From NCBI GenBank assembly GCA_010909165.1, contig VJWM01000193.1, positions 124,001 to 188,000 on the forward strand: a stretch of DNA of 64,000 nucleotides, given 5' to 3'. This DNA comes from Anthoceros angustus. Its lineage: Eukaryota > Plantae > Anthocerotophyta. The position numbers were made by a program, and so were the translations under genes. This document shows, piece after piece, positions 1 to 11,927 of the stretch; position 1 is the first letter of the stretch, and each line of letters opens with the position of its first letter. The notes beneath the pieces were generated by a model, which saw only the letters and a program-made list of their open reading frames with translations, did not search any database and was not told the DNA's origin.

Positions 1-404
1 GTGAGAGTCGTGAGTCGTGTGGCATTTGTTACTTGGGCTGATGGGCTTCGTTTTCCGCGCGATTTTACCTGGCCCAGATGTTGCTTGCTTAGCAGCGATC
101 CTCTGGCGCGGCTGTGCGGCCAGGCGCAGCCTGTGAGGTGAGAGACACAGGCGCAGACAGTCGCACAGACAGACGAAAGGGGACCCAATAAAAACCAGCA
201 CAAGTCGCAGCGGAGAGTGGCAATCAAGAGTGCGCAGAGATCGTGAGGCGAGGTGCTTGCAGCAGGAGGCACCGTGGAAGCGGGAGCAGAGCTGCAGCCT
301 TCTGGAATCCTGTATTTTCCGGCCTCCAGCAGCTGAGCAGGGTGGATGTGTGAACTGATGCGGGAGTAGGAGGGCGGCGGCAGGGCAGGCAGGGCGCGTT
401 GGAG

Positions 405-3400
405 ATGGTGACCAGCGTGGGGCTGGGGGCCGGGACCGCCTCCTTCGTCACGGCATTCTCCAATTTGGAGTGCGCCTCCTCCTCGGCCTGCTCCTCGGCC
501 GCCTCCTTCCCGGGGTCCACACCGTGCGGGGGCAGGCGGAGGGGGCTGCTGCAGCAGCGCCGGGAGCGGGACCGGGACCGGGACCGCCATGGAGGCTGGA
601 TGTGGCAGCATGGCGGGGACGAGGCCCCCCGGCGGGCGCAGCCGGGAGCCAGAGGGAGGCAGCGCGGGCCGCAGAGGCCGAATGCGGAGGCCGGGGCCCG
701 GCGGGGCGGCCAGGGACGCCAATGTGCGGGCCACTCTGGAGCAGGGGAAGAGGCTCCTGGCTATGCAGCGGGAGCTTCTGGAGCAGGTGGGTTTGGGGTG
801 GGATGGCGTGGCAGCTGTGGATGCAGGATTCGTTGGCTTCCTGCATGGGATTCAGTGGCTGGGTGTGGGGGAATTGCGTTAGGGCTGGGCTGGGCTGGGC
901 TGGGCGGGGTTTTGTGTTGTGTGTTGTGCTTGTTGACATGTGCTCTTGGCTGGAGCGCAGGTTGAGGAGCGGAAGAAGCTCTACTCTGCCATCGTGCATG
1001 GTTTTGACACGCCCAAGGAGTTGGGTGGTCAGGGAGATGCTGCTGATGATGGACAGGCTGATGGTGCGGGGAAAAATGCTGGGTCGTCGGCCAGGGGGTC
1101 GACCACGGCGTGGCCGTCTTCCCCTCCCTCTAGACTGCAACCTTCCTCTCCCACGCTGAGGCGGCAGACAAGTACGCCGTCGAATCCTGTTGTCTCTCCT
1201 CTGCAGCCCGTTCAATCGCCACTGCAGTCCATTGCTTCTCCACCCAGGCCCACACAGCCCTACACTGCACCTTCGACAAGTCCTGCCACCAGGGACTTGT
1301 TTGACCAAAAGCAGAATGCTGGCCCTGTAGCTGAAAAAGAAACAGATGCGGCGTTGCCGGAATTGACCACTGAAGAAGTTGGAGTCGTCCAAGATGACAA
1401 GCCACCTCCTTTAGCTGGGCCGAATGTTATGAACGTGGTCGTGGTGGCTGCTGAGTGTGCCCCGTGGTCCAAGACAGGTAAGCCTCTCCTGCTCCGGGCT
1501 GTTTCTTATGCCGTAGGAGGGAGGGGCATCCATTCTTTCAAGTTGACCTTATTTCTTTTCGTGCTTGGATAGGGGGTCTTGGTGACGTTGTTGGAGCTCT
1601 ACCGAAGGCGCTGGCAAGGCGTGGCCACCGTGTGATGGTAGTTAGTCAATCAGCTTCGTTGGGCTTCTCTTACTCAGAGAGGTGTTCGACTTTCTGGGAA
1701 AATTTTTGGAGGTACCCTTAACTTTCAGATTGGTTGCAGGTTGTGGCCCCTCGCTACAGCAACTATGCAGAGGCCTGGGAGACTGGAGTGCGGAAGATTT
1801 ACAATGTTGCTGGACAGGTAGGCTTTCATTTCTGCCTACCATTGTGTCATACTATTTCCTGCAGGGGTTGTTTACTCTCTCTGTCCCGAAGTTTGTCCGT
1901 CCTTATCTATACCATGAGACACTTGTAGTAAATGCTGAAATGTTTCCATGGTGGAGGCAGGATATGGAGGTGGGCTACTTCCACGGTTACATTGATGGTG
2001 TTGACTATGTTTTTGTAGACAATCATGTCTTCCATGCTTGGGCTGGGAACATTTATGGTGGAGGCCGTGAGGTAATCTTTGTGACCAGCCCTAGCAGTAC
2101 TTCTCAGATCTGGGCAATGGTCTGGATGCACTACGCATCTCACCTCGTGGGACCTGGGTGCAGGAAGTTTTGTTTCGCATGATTCTACTGTGCAAAGCTG
2201 CAGTTGAGGTAAAGCCCTTTTGTCGGCCATGTCAGTTACTTGTCCACTGATTGCTCTGTACATGTCTGTGTGCACTCACCTCTCTTGTGCGTATCCTTTC
2301 TGACAGGCACCCTGGCATGTTCCATGTGGTGGTGTCCCGTATGGTGATGGAAATCTTGTGTTCATTGCCAATGACTGGCACACTGCGCTTCTTCCAGTTT
2401 ATTTGCAAGCCTATTATCGGGATATTGGCCTCATGCAGTTCACCCGCTCCGTGCTGGTTATACACAATATGGCACATCAGGTGGGCCGACTTTGGGCTTG
2501 CCCAAAGCACTCTGTGTTAAGCGTTGAGCATTTTGGCCTTTTCTCTTTTACAGTTTTGTTTTTTCAATCAGAACTAACCACGTATGGCAACCTTGTGTGC
2601 ACCATGCAGGGCCGAGGACCTTTTGTAGAGTTTGGAATGCTTGGGCTGCCCCCACACTATGCTGACAAGTTTCGACTATTTGATCCCATTGGTGGAGAAC
2701 ATTGTAACATTTTCATGGCAGGGCTTGTCACTGCTCATCGAATAGTTGCTGTCAGCCATGGCTACGCTTGGGAATGTCAGACACAAGAAGGAGGGTGGGG
2801 ACTTGATGGTGTTATTCGGGAGCACAATTGGAAGTTACGAGGTGTTGTTAACGGCATTGATGACAAGGAATGGAATCCTGAGATTGATGTGCATCTGAAG
2901 ACTGATGGCTATGTCAACTACTCAATAGATACCTTGAGTACTGGAAAACTTGCGTGCAAGGCAGCACTGCAGAGGGAGTTGGGGTTGCCAGTGCGAGCTG
3001 ACGTGCCTCTCATCGGTTTCATTGGTCGATTAGACTACCAGAAAGGTGTAGACATCATTGCAGAGGCAATGCCCTGGATGATGGATCAGGACCTACAGCT
3101 GGTTATGTTGGGCACTGGCCGCACAGACTTGGAGAACATGCTTCGGACGTTTGAAGGAAACCATCGGGACAAAGTTCGGGGATGGGTGGGGTTTTCTGTG
3201 ACGACAGCACATCGAATAACAGCAGGAGTGGACATTTTGCTGATGCCCTCTCGGTTCGAACCTTGCGGGTTGAACCAACTGTATGCTATGCGATATGGAA
3301 CAGTACCGGTGGTCCATTCTGTAGGTGGGCTCAGGGACACTGTCCATCCATTTGACCCGTTTTCGGACACTGGGCTAGGGTGGACCTTTGAACATGCAGA

Positions 3401-3566
3401 GGCATCGGGACTCATTCACGCTTTGGGCAATGCCATGTGGACGTTCAGGGATTTCAAACCAAGCTGGGTAGGGATCCAAAAGCGGGGTATGAGTCAAGAC
3501 TTGAGTTGGGACAATGCAGCTCAGCAGTATGAGGAAGTTCTTCTGGCAGCCAAATACCAGTGGTGA
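405..3566 (+). CDS. SS2: Soluble starch synthase II (GT5), 8 exons: ~405/589-786, 961-1477, 1573-1637, 1740-1817, 1961-2071, 2164-2208, 2307-2480, 2610-3566
   Basis: Spliced translation gives [19 protein letters not shown]|VEERKKL (SSII N-terminal motif), KTGGLGDV ADP-glucose loop, [36 protein letters not shown] and [12 protein letters not shown], ending LLAAKYQW*. All introns are GT-AG. The start is uncertain because of a frame discontinuity in exon 1. Confidence 0.95.
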
Positions 3567-4192
3567 GGATACATTGTGGCAGCTCGGAAGCACTGCGCTT
3601 GGGGGAAACTGCACGATTGAAGGGCATCTTGGAGTGTCCCAGTTCGAGGGGGATGTTTGCTCTCTCTCATCATATTGGGAGGGTGGATATGGAGCTCACG
3701 TCGTGGGTTGTGAGGAGGAGAACAAACCTCCCTGACTACTCCTATGCATTGCCCTCGTATTCACTTGTAAATTTGTACTTTGCTGTCAGTGCAGTCGTGC
3801 TGCCTGCTTGTTTCGTGTCTTGTATACTATTTTTTATTGAAGTAACAATTGGAGCTTCATCGCTTGAAATGGTCACGCCTCGATTTTCGTCTTTGACCTT
3901 CCAGAACGTAGCCGACGACGAACTACGTTGGGACCTAGTTTTCAAACTGTAGTGTGTAGCCACCTCAGACACAGGATGAGGTGCATACACGTAGCACATT
4001 TCTAGCTCATTTCCCCATCTTTGCTCCCGTCGCCTAAACCTCGTCGGGAAATTAGGCAACAAGCAAAGACGGGCAATAACCCCAGCAACTTTTCTTTTTT
4101 CCTTAGTGGACTCAAATAAAATTCTTCTTCTTCTTCTACGTACAACAAAGGCAACTCCGTCCGCATTAGGAGGCATGATTCAAAATGAAGGT

Positions 4193-5606
4193 TCAGAACC
4201 CACTGATAGGCCAAGGGAATGCAAGAGTAATTGCAGCCCAGTGTGACGGGAAAGCAAGCAACAGGAGTGAAGAAAGTGGAAGGCTGTGGCAGAGGTGCGG
4301 CAACCGTCTGAGCAAGGTGAGCCTACCTCTGTCAGCTTCGTGCGCCATGTGTGTCTGGGATGTTTGAGCAGCTGTGCTGAGTGATGGCGTGTTGGGCAGC
4401 CAAACCAAAAGCATGCGGACTTCTGCCACAAGAAGACTCAGCAGCACCTCTGGCTTCACGACAATAACAATTGCCTCCTTGGGTTGATTTGCAGCTGGCA
4501 CATTTGCGTGGCGAGCAGGGGATTGGGTTGGTTGGTTGAGCCCAAACAATAGATGGTAATTTCCTGTTCATGGACGAGATTCTTTGAGGAGAATGCATAC
4601 AAATTGTCGCCAGTGTTTGTCTACAGAAACATGTTTTCCCGAGAGACTGAGAGATCGCAGATTGTTGGACTGGATCGCTGAGAGATCCCTGATGTCTGAC
4701 GTGTGGTTGCTAGTTGTTCATCAGCTAGTTCTATTGAAGGCCTCTCAGTCTCAGTGACAATATCTGAAGAATGGATTGCGTCAGCCTTGTAGCCCTCATC
4801 TGACTCTGGCAATGCCTGGAATCTGGTAGCTGGTACATCTCCCCCTCTTACCGTTGTAGATCTCTCAGGGAGGGCATTTGAACCATTGTGAACTCTCCAC
4901 CCTCTGCAACAACACGTAGACCATGATGGAACAGAGTCGTCGCCCTCATATCCATCGAGGATTTCAGGGATTTTCTGCTGCAAAACCTGTAGTTCGTAAT
5001 AGTCATTGAAGGCAAGCATCTGCATGTACATCTCATTCAATGTTGTCACCTTGTCACTCAGTAAACAAAGGCGGCAACGGCGGCAGAGTACTCAGGAACA
5101 AATCTGCCAAAAGTTGCTGAGGATTTGCATGCCACATCGTGAACAAACTGGATGTCCGGGGTCTTCGCATATTGCTGCATGGTATAGGGACCAAGCAAAC
5201 ACAAAGCATGAGATAAAAACAAGCAATCATAGTGTGTAACTGAGTGTCAAGGTGACAATATTGAATGAGATATACTGGCAGAATGCTTACCTAGACCTAC
5301 AGGTTTTGCAGCAGTACATCCCTCTTATTATCTGTAGATTGGTGAAAGAATCTCACGGTGTTTGTTACTCTGTTTCACCATGGTCTAGTCAGGTATGTCC
5401 AAAGTTGCTTCCCAACCAAGTTTAGACTGTGAGAATTGGGTGATTTGGTGGGGCTCAAATCCAGAAGCGTAAATGGCAGTCCAGTAGTTTGCCGATTGTA
5501 CTCCTCTGCAAGGGGTGTCGATTAGTCCATCTGGTGCTTCCTCTAGTACCCTGTTTGCTCTTAAATCTTGAGCCTGGTCGAAGACATGGATAAAGGGGAA
5601 CACCAT
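4193..5606 (-). other. Cluster of orphan ORF segments, possibly a degraded or lineage-specific gene
   Basis: Colinear minus-strand ORFs 5385-5606, 4621-5049 and 4193-4549 (hydrophobic C-terminus). No recognisable family motif. Confidence 0.25.
4966..5323. repeat. Imperfect inverted repeat (foldback): arms 4966-5062 and 5239-5323, spacer ~176 nt
   Basis: tctcattcaatgttgtcaccttgtcactcagt (5031-5062) is the reverse complement of actgagtgtcaaggtgacaatattgaatgaga (5239-5270) with 2 differences. Pairing continues through ctgctgcaaaacctgtag / ctacaggttttgcagcag. Confidence 0.9.
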
Positions 5607-5676
5607 GACCTACGGACAAGCAAATGCATTCCTATTTGATGTGTATTCTGGTTTGATCTAGTCACCAGCTGGGTGG

Positions 5677-5810
5677 TCTTCTGCAGTAACGTGCATTGTA
5701 GAACTTGTCAACCCTATTCTAGACATTGGTAGCTCTCCGGGGTCTTCTGCAATAACATACATTGTAGAACTTGTCAACCCTATTCCAGACAGTAGTGGCT
5801 CTCCGGGGTT
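5677..5810. repeat. Tandem duplication, ~66-bp unit x2
   Basis: tcttctgcaRtaac...cattgtagaacttgtcaaccctatt...gctctccggggt occurs twice in succession. Confidence 0.85.
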
Positions 5811-6256
5811 TTTCTGAGGAAATGTCAATGTCCATTACCTATTGAGTACTTGTTGTTGGCAAGGTTTTGCCCTATTAGGGTCAGAGCAAAGCATGCAATA
5901 TTGGAGAGTCCCGAGGCTCTCTTGTTTTGTTGACCATTGCTTGGGATTTAAACTTCTCTCGTTTTGTTAACAAATGCCTGGGATTTAGACTTCCTTATCT
6001 CAGGGCTATCTCTAGGCCATTCCCTAGATGATATAAAAACTGTTACATCTCAGCACACATATATATACACAAAATATAATCACATCTCTACAAATAAAGT
6101 AATTTAACGATGGATGATGTTGGATGGTACAAGATGATGCAAAGTTATGTAAAGATTAAATATCAAAATAAAAAATATTATTCACATTCAACATTCATAT
6201 TAACATTCACTATTATAACTAGTTGACCTTAGACATATAATTCACATTTTATCGAA

Positions 6257-6330
6257 GGAGGTATAGCTTAGTTGGCTAGATCGGTCGGCGCCCAGCATGA
6301 TAGACACCAGTTCAAATCTGGTTACCTTCA
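6257..6330 (+). ncRNA. tRNA-like element (pseudo-tRNA or tRNA-derived SINE head), copy 1
   Basis: 74 nt. Acceptor stem GGAGGTA/TACCTTC plus discriminator A, A-box TAGCTTAGTTGG, perfect T-arm ACCAG-TTCAAAT-CTGGT (B-box), TTTT just downstream, TATA-like sequence upstream. The anticodon stem does not pair canonically. Confidence 0.65.
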
Positions 6331-6687
6331 ATTTTGGTTACACGAATCTAATGGCTGTTACCTTCTCATCCGGGTTATCTCCTACTATCGACCCGAATAA
6401 TGCAAAAGTTGAAGTTACCTTCTCATCCAGGTTATCTCCTACTATGGACCCGAATAATGCAAAAGTTGAAACCATACATTTTCCGAGCTCTCAGGGATCT
6501 CTTGTTTTATTGACAATTGCTTGGGATTTAAACGTCTTTTGTTTTGTTGACAAATGCTTGGGATTTAGACTTTGCTATCTGAGGGCTATTTTAGGGTCAT
6601 TCCCCTAATGATATAAAAAACTCTTAGCTCTCAACACACAATATTATTACTAGTTTATCTTAGACATATAATTTACATTTTATCTAA

Positions 6688-6762
6688 GGAGGTATGGCTT
6701 AGTTGGTTAGATCAGTCGAACGGCCAGCTTGATAGATACCAGTTTAAATCTGATTATCTTCA
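6688..6762 (+). ncRNA. tRNA-like element, copy 2 (more decayed), in a duplicated unit
   Basis: GGAGGTATGGCTTAGTTGGTTAGATC...ACCAGTTTAAATCTGATTATCTTCA-TTTT. The upstream flank (ttagacatataatt.acattttatc) matches copy 1. The B-box carries a C>T change. Confidence 0.55.
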
Positions 6763-7713
6763 ATTTTAATTACACCAATCTGATCTGGTTACCTTCTCAT
6801 ACTCATTACTTCCTGCACAAGGCAATACTTGGGAAAAGAACAATTCACAAGTTGAAACCATGGATTTTTGGAACTCTCGAGGCTCACTTGGAATTTGGAC
6901 TTCGCTCTCTCAGGGCTTTGGGCTTCGAAGCTGAATAGATCTTGGAGCTTGGAGCCTAGAGGTCTTTCATGAGGCTTGCATGAAAGGTTGAATAAATCAA
7001 GTGTGATAATCATTGAGAGGTCGTTCATGAAAAAGTTTTGGATGGAAATCATTGAGACGTCTTTCATGAAGCTTGCATAAAAAAGTTTTGGGTGGAAAGA
7101 GAATATTTAAATTCGAGTCTAATATTCACTATCTAACTATCTTATACTAGATATCTATATAGTTTATGATTTTATTAGTTATTTGAATTATCCTTGGACT
7201 CAAGCATGCACGTGAGATTTCAAGGTCCCAAATGGCCTCGGGTTGGGTTCATGAGCTCGAACGTGAGAGAGGTTCGTTCACCACCTCCAGTAGACAGACG
7301 GGCGAACCCATTGATGAGGCTTGGGAATAAAAAATCTATCATGGTTGCAATTTGCAACCCTCGTGAAGTTTGTTAGACGAGCCCAATCCAGTTGGAGAGG
7401 AGGCTTCTGATATACTAGCAGACTTGATATAGGACAGCCAGAAGCTTCAGAATGCTGTATTTTGCAGAAATGCTGTGGCCGTTATCAGAGGAACATTGTC
7501 TGTCACCTAGCGGAAAAGTCTCCTCTGGTCGGACTCAGGGTCATGGAGCTTGTTTGAGGGCCAGAACAGGCATAAGAAGTTGCTGAAGGTCGGCCCGATA
7601 GCTGCAGTTCCTCGTTAGCAGATGCATTGGAGAGAAAAACAAGTCGTTTGCGTTCAGCCAGGAGGCCCTTGATTGACAGAATGATTGAATTGGAAGAGCC
7701 GATGTCACGAGAA

Positions 7714-9803
7714 CTAGGCAAGTACCAACTGTTCCTGCAGATCGAGCTCGGCAGAGAGGACGTGATTCCACCAATCGGGGACCCCGGGCAGGCACCAGTG
7801 CAAACAGTCCTGGAACTTGGTGTTGAAGCCGTACTTGGAGACGTGCGCTTCTCCTCTGAACTGCGACAGGAAGGTGACATTCAGCAGGCGCACGTTGGTC
7901 CCGGCTATGGCTTCCTCCGCAACCGGGTCCCGGGTGGGCCGCTTCGCCACCTCCTCGGCGGCCAAGCTCCCCAGGTTGTCGCACGTCCCGCCCGTGTTCC
8001 AGTCCCCGTTCATGAAATGGCGAGGGGACAGGCTCCGGAAGAAGACCCGCTGCCGGCCTGTCTGCCGCTGGTGCACCCACCGCGTGATGTTCACGGCCGT
8101 GAATCTATACGCGTCGGAGACGGTGAAGCGGCGGTCCTGCACGGGCTGACCCCCGCGGTGCATCACCCACTTGTTGCCCTCGATCTTGCCCCGGTTCCAG
8201 TGGTGGCCCGTATTGAGCACCAACACGTCTAGCAGCGGGAGGAAGTCCCGGAGAAAGGCCGCCGGGCGGTCCAGGTGCATTTTGGATCGTTTTCCTGGGT
8301 CGTTCCGGATGGGCTCGATCTCGCACAGGCATGTGGTCCAGTAGAAGAGCACTGTGGTGTTGGTGGGCGGGAAGCGATACGCCCAGCCTGAGGGCTTTCC
8401 GTGCTTGGGCACCTTGTCGAAGCCAAACCAGCGGCCCACGTCCTCCGCCGCCCGCTCCAGCCCGCCTCCCGTGAGCAGGCACATCAGGGACTGGAACTGC
8501 TGCCTGCCCAGTGAATCGCCCACAAAACCCACCACCTGGTTCTGCATTCTGGATCACCGACGCCATAGCGAATGAGAACAAGCTTAAACGTGAACGGAAG
8601 GGAAGTGAAGTGAAGTAAAAGGGATGCTCACCTGGATAGGAATGCGTCTGCGTCCAAGTTGGGCAGGGCACATCCATCCGGCTGCCATCTGTATTTCTCG
8701 TATTCGAAGTCCGGGCGGTCGTAGATCCGGCATGCCCACATGAAGGAGAGCCACTCCTTCTTGTAGCATGATTCTCCCGAGTAGGGAGCCCTCTTCACAT
8801 CTTTCACCCACTGGCCGCTTGTGAAGTCGCACTGGCTGCCTGTAAGACAGGGGCGGCAGGCATGAGCACCAGGGCAAGGCAAAGTGAAGGAGGAAAAGGG
8901 TTTGGAGACAGGGCACCTGCTTTTTCCACAGCTTTTGGCAAACTGGGGGTATCCTCCTCGAGCTCCTTGGCGTCTTCAGTGGGCTTGTTGATCTTGGTCT
9001 CCACTTCCTCCTCCTTTGAGTCGTCGGTGGGCTTGCCGATCTTGCTCTCAACTTCCTCCTCCTTTAAGTCTTCCGTGGGCTTGCCGATCTTGCTCTCTAC
9101 TTCCTCCTCCTTTGAGGTTTTGGTGGGCTCGCCGATCTTGCTCTCCATTTCCTGTTCCACCTTGCCATCCTCCTTGTCCTGGCTTATCTGCTCTTTCACA
9201 GACTCTTCAAGGCTATCGGTGTCGATGACTTTATCCTCTACGAGTTCGGTGTTCTGGCTGGGCTTGATGTCCTCCACTGTGGTGTCCCCTGTTAAAGCGT
9301 TATCTGCAGGCAACCACGTCATCTCACACACCTCAGATGAAGCTAGTTTGGTTGCAAATCACGACAGTCTGATGAAAGCAAAGGAGAGCAAAGCGTAGCA
9401 GAATTTCATGCCATCCGCATCTCTCACCTTGGACCTCATCGACGACCACAACGTCTACAGGTATCCTTTTCTCGGAGTCTTCCCGGCCAGTAGCATCGGG
9501 CGACAAATTAAAACTACCTGCATCAACCACACTGCTCCTCAGAATTCCAACTCCTGTCCAAAGCACTTACAGCAACCCCAGATGCAGCAATCCTATCTCA
9601 CCTAAATGAAACGGCCCTCCGGAGCCAGGTACTGATCGCCGGAGCAGCACTGCTGGCAGAGGAATAGGCGATCCCTCCCAGGAAGCCGCTACCACCAACA
9701 ACACGCCCACCAAGGCAACCAAGCCCACCATCAGCTGCTTCACCCTAATGCCCACAAAAATCCCGCCCCCCTTGGCAGCTCTGTACAGACTCTCCATCCC
9801 CAT
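7714..9803 (-). CDS. TBL: Trichome birefringence-like (TBL) polysaccharide O-acetyltransferase, 4 exons: 9803-9602, 9303-8917, 8839-8632, 8548-7714
   Basis: N-terminal TM (LMVGLVALVGVLLVVAA), PMR5N motif QCDFTSGQWV...WQPDGCALP, GDSLGRQQFQSL (GDS), LNTGHHW and DCLHWCLPGVPDWWN (DxxH). GT-AG introns in consistent phase. Confidence 0.95.
8966..9157 (-). repeat. Coding minisatellite, 48-bp unit x4 (EEEVESKIGKPTEDLK-type) in the TBL stem region
   Basis: Visible in the translation of ORF 8804-9331 and as repeated gggcttgccgatcttgctctc..cttcctcctcc on the + strand. Confidence 0.9.
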
Positions 9804-10298
9804 CCTCCGCGAGCTACTTCCGTCTTACCGCCTGATGTCAATCAATCCCGAGAAATGCCAGCAATACTTGGAAATTCCTCCACACACGCAGCAACAACCT
9901 GGACCCGCCCTCCTCGGCATCAGATCTCCACGGACCCACAACACCTGCAGCATTGGCCCCAGAGTTCTAATCCCCAGATCTCCGCCGTCGATCGTGATCG
10001 TGGCAAACATCGGTTGCCTCCCCCGGCAGCCGCATTCCGCTTATAGGACACCCAGCAAGTACTTACACCCCTCCCGATGCTCTGGTTGCTAGCATCAGCA
10101 GTTGACAGGCACAGAGTCCTAGATCCTCCAAATTGCATACGTCACAACCAACAGAATTGTCGGCCCCCACCTCCCCGACCGGATGCAGACGCGAATGCAA
10201 AAGCTGTCTCGACCTCGGACTCTCCCGGCACCGCCTTCTCGGTTCAAATCCGCCACACAAGCTGGTTGCATAACATTCCCTAATACGCCACCGAATCA

Positions 10299-10326
10299 GT
10301 GCTGCTGCTGCTGCTGCTGCTGCTGC
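10299..10326. repeat. (CTG)n microsatellite
   Basis: gtgctgctgctgctgctgctgctgctg. Confidence 0.9.
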
Positions 10327-11927
10327 CTGCCTCCCTGGACTTCTTCTGGCCACCAATCCTCCTACTGCACCTCCGATCCAGCATCGCAGGACAATGGCGG
10401 CGGCAACCACAGCTATCAAGGACCGCCTTCAGATCCTCCTCCTTCCAGATCCGCAAAAAAACACCTCAGAAAAAGGCAGCTCGACCGATCTCCTCTCCAG
10501 CCGCAATACCTCCCTTCGCTTCCTAGGACGCGGGCAAGAACCGCAGCCGCAACCGCCTAACCACCCTCAAATTCAGGCACACAAAACACACTCCGGAGCC
10601 TCAAAGGCACCCACCACGGAAAATCCGCTCAGATGTTGCCCACCAGCTACCACAAAATTTGCAAGGAGTGCTCGATCTTCCAATTGATCATACCTGGTTC
10701 CCCTCTGCCGGCCTCGCTTCTCGGCAGCCGCTCTTCTCTGTTCTGTTCTACTCTTCTGTCCTCGGAGATGAGATATCATATGAGATGGGATCGGATCAGA
10801 TCCGATCAGGTCAGATCAGGCAGGATGGACAGGCGGGGAAAGGAAAGGCAAGAGCCCAGCTGCGGCAACGGCAGCTCAAGAGCACATGATGCCACGCCGC
10901 TTCAGGTGGAGTCGAGCAGGGGACGTGGAAGTCGGAGGAAGGAGGTAGAGTGAGGCGTAGGACTGGGAGAGTGGAGCAACCGTTCTGCTTCTGATTTCCT
11001 GGAAACAGCGCGCAACCAGAGCGAACCAGGCCGGTAGCGGTCAGTTGGTGGTTCTTGGTCAGACGACAGCGGCTCCCAGCCGCCCTTCCCTTTCCGACAG
11101 GCACCCTTGTTCACACAGGCTGCCTGTACGGGGAGGTTCGCCCTAGCTCCTCGTCTTCCAGAGGGAAACAGGGGTGCATGTATTGGTGCTCCGAGGTTTC
11201 ATATCCGCTGGCTCAGCGTAGGGCCAGTTGCAGTGTGTTGTTGCTGCCTACTGCTTCCCAGAATCGTTGCCCTTGCCTTCTTGTCCTTCCTAGGAGAGCG
11301 AGTTCCTGGTGAGCGATTCTTTTTCACTCTGGAAGCTGGAGCTGGAATGTCGTAGTTTGATTTCCTCATCAGGTTAGGTAAGATATGAGCTCGATGCATT
11401 CTCAGGAGTGAATGGGCTGAACTGCAGCCGCTGTTGGATGTCCTCGCAGTTTAGAGGATGAGTGTGTTAAGAAGGTATCTGCAAGGTTGCCAGCGACGTT
11501 ATGGTATCTTCTGCCCCAACGTCCAGGATGCCTGGCTGGAGCGGGGAACTATCTCTCATCAGCAGCAAGGGATTTATTAACCGTCAGTAGCTCTTGTGGC
11601 CACAACATTCTCGGGAGCCCACACTTCGGTGAGGTAGCAGGCAAGAGAAAAAGAAGAGGAGCAGCGGAGAGTGCCCGGAGGTCCAGACTGCCCAGGTTGC
11701 CTCGAAAGGCAACTAGAGCCTGCCTACCACTTCGACTGGCCCTGAGTCTGCAGGATACCAAAGTGGCGTAACGGCTGAAACCGTGAGGAAGCTATGTCTT
11801 CAGGGCATCTCACTGAGACTGTTGAAGCTTTGGGGCTTCTTGTGCACACACACTGCGGTTCGAAATCACTCGTCTGCACCCTCCTGGAGCAATTCTTGCA
11901 CCTGATTCCGTAACATTTGCGTGCCTC

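Noticed and set aside
448-1392. Long antisense ORFs over GC-rich exons (also 7627-8232, 8862-9398 and similar)
   Set aside because: These are shadow ORFs expected from GC-rich coding sequence on the opposite strand and contain no family motifs.
6257-6330. Functional tRNA-Gly call from CCC/GCC in the loop
   Set aside because: The anticodon stem is unpaired, U33 is absent and the sequence is unlike plant tRNA-Gly. Reported as tRNA-like only.
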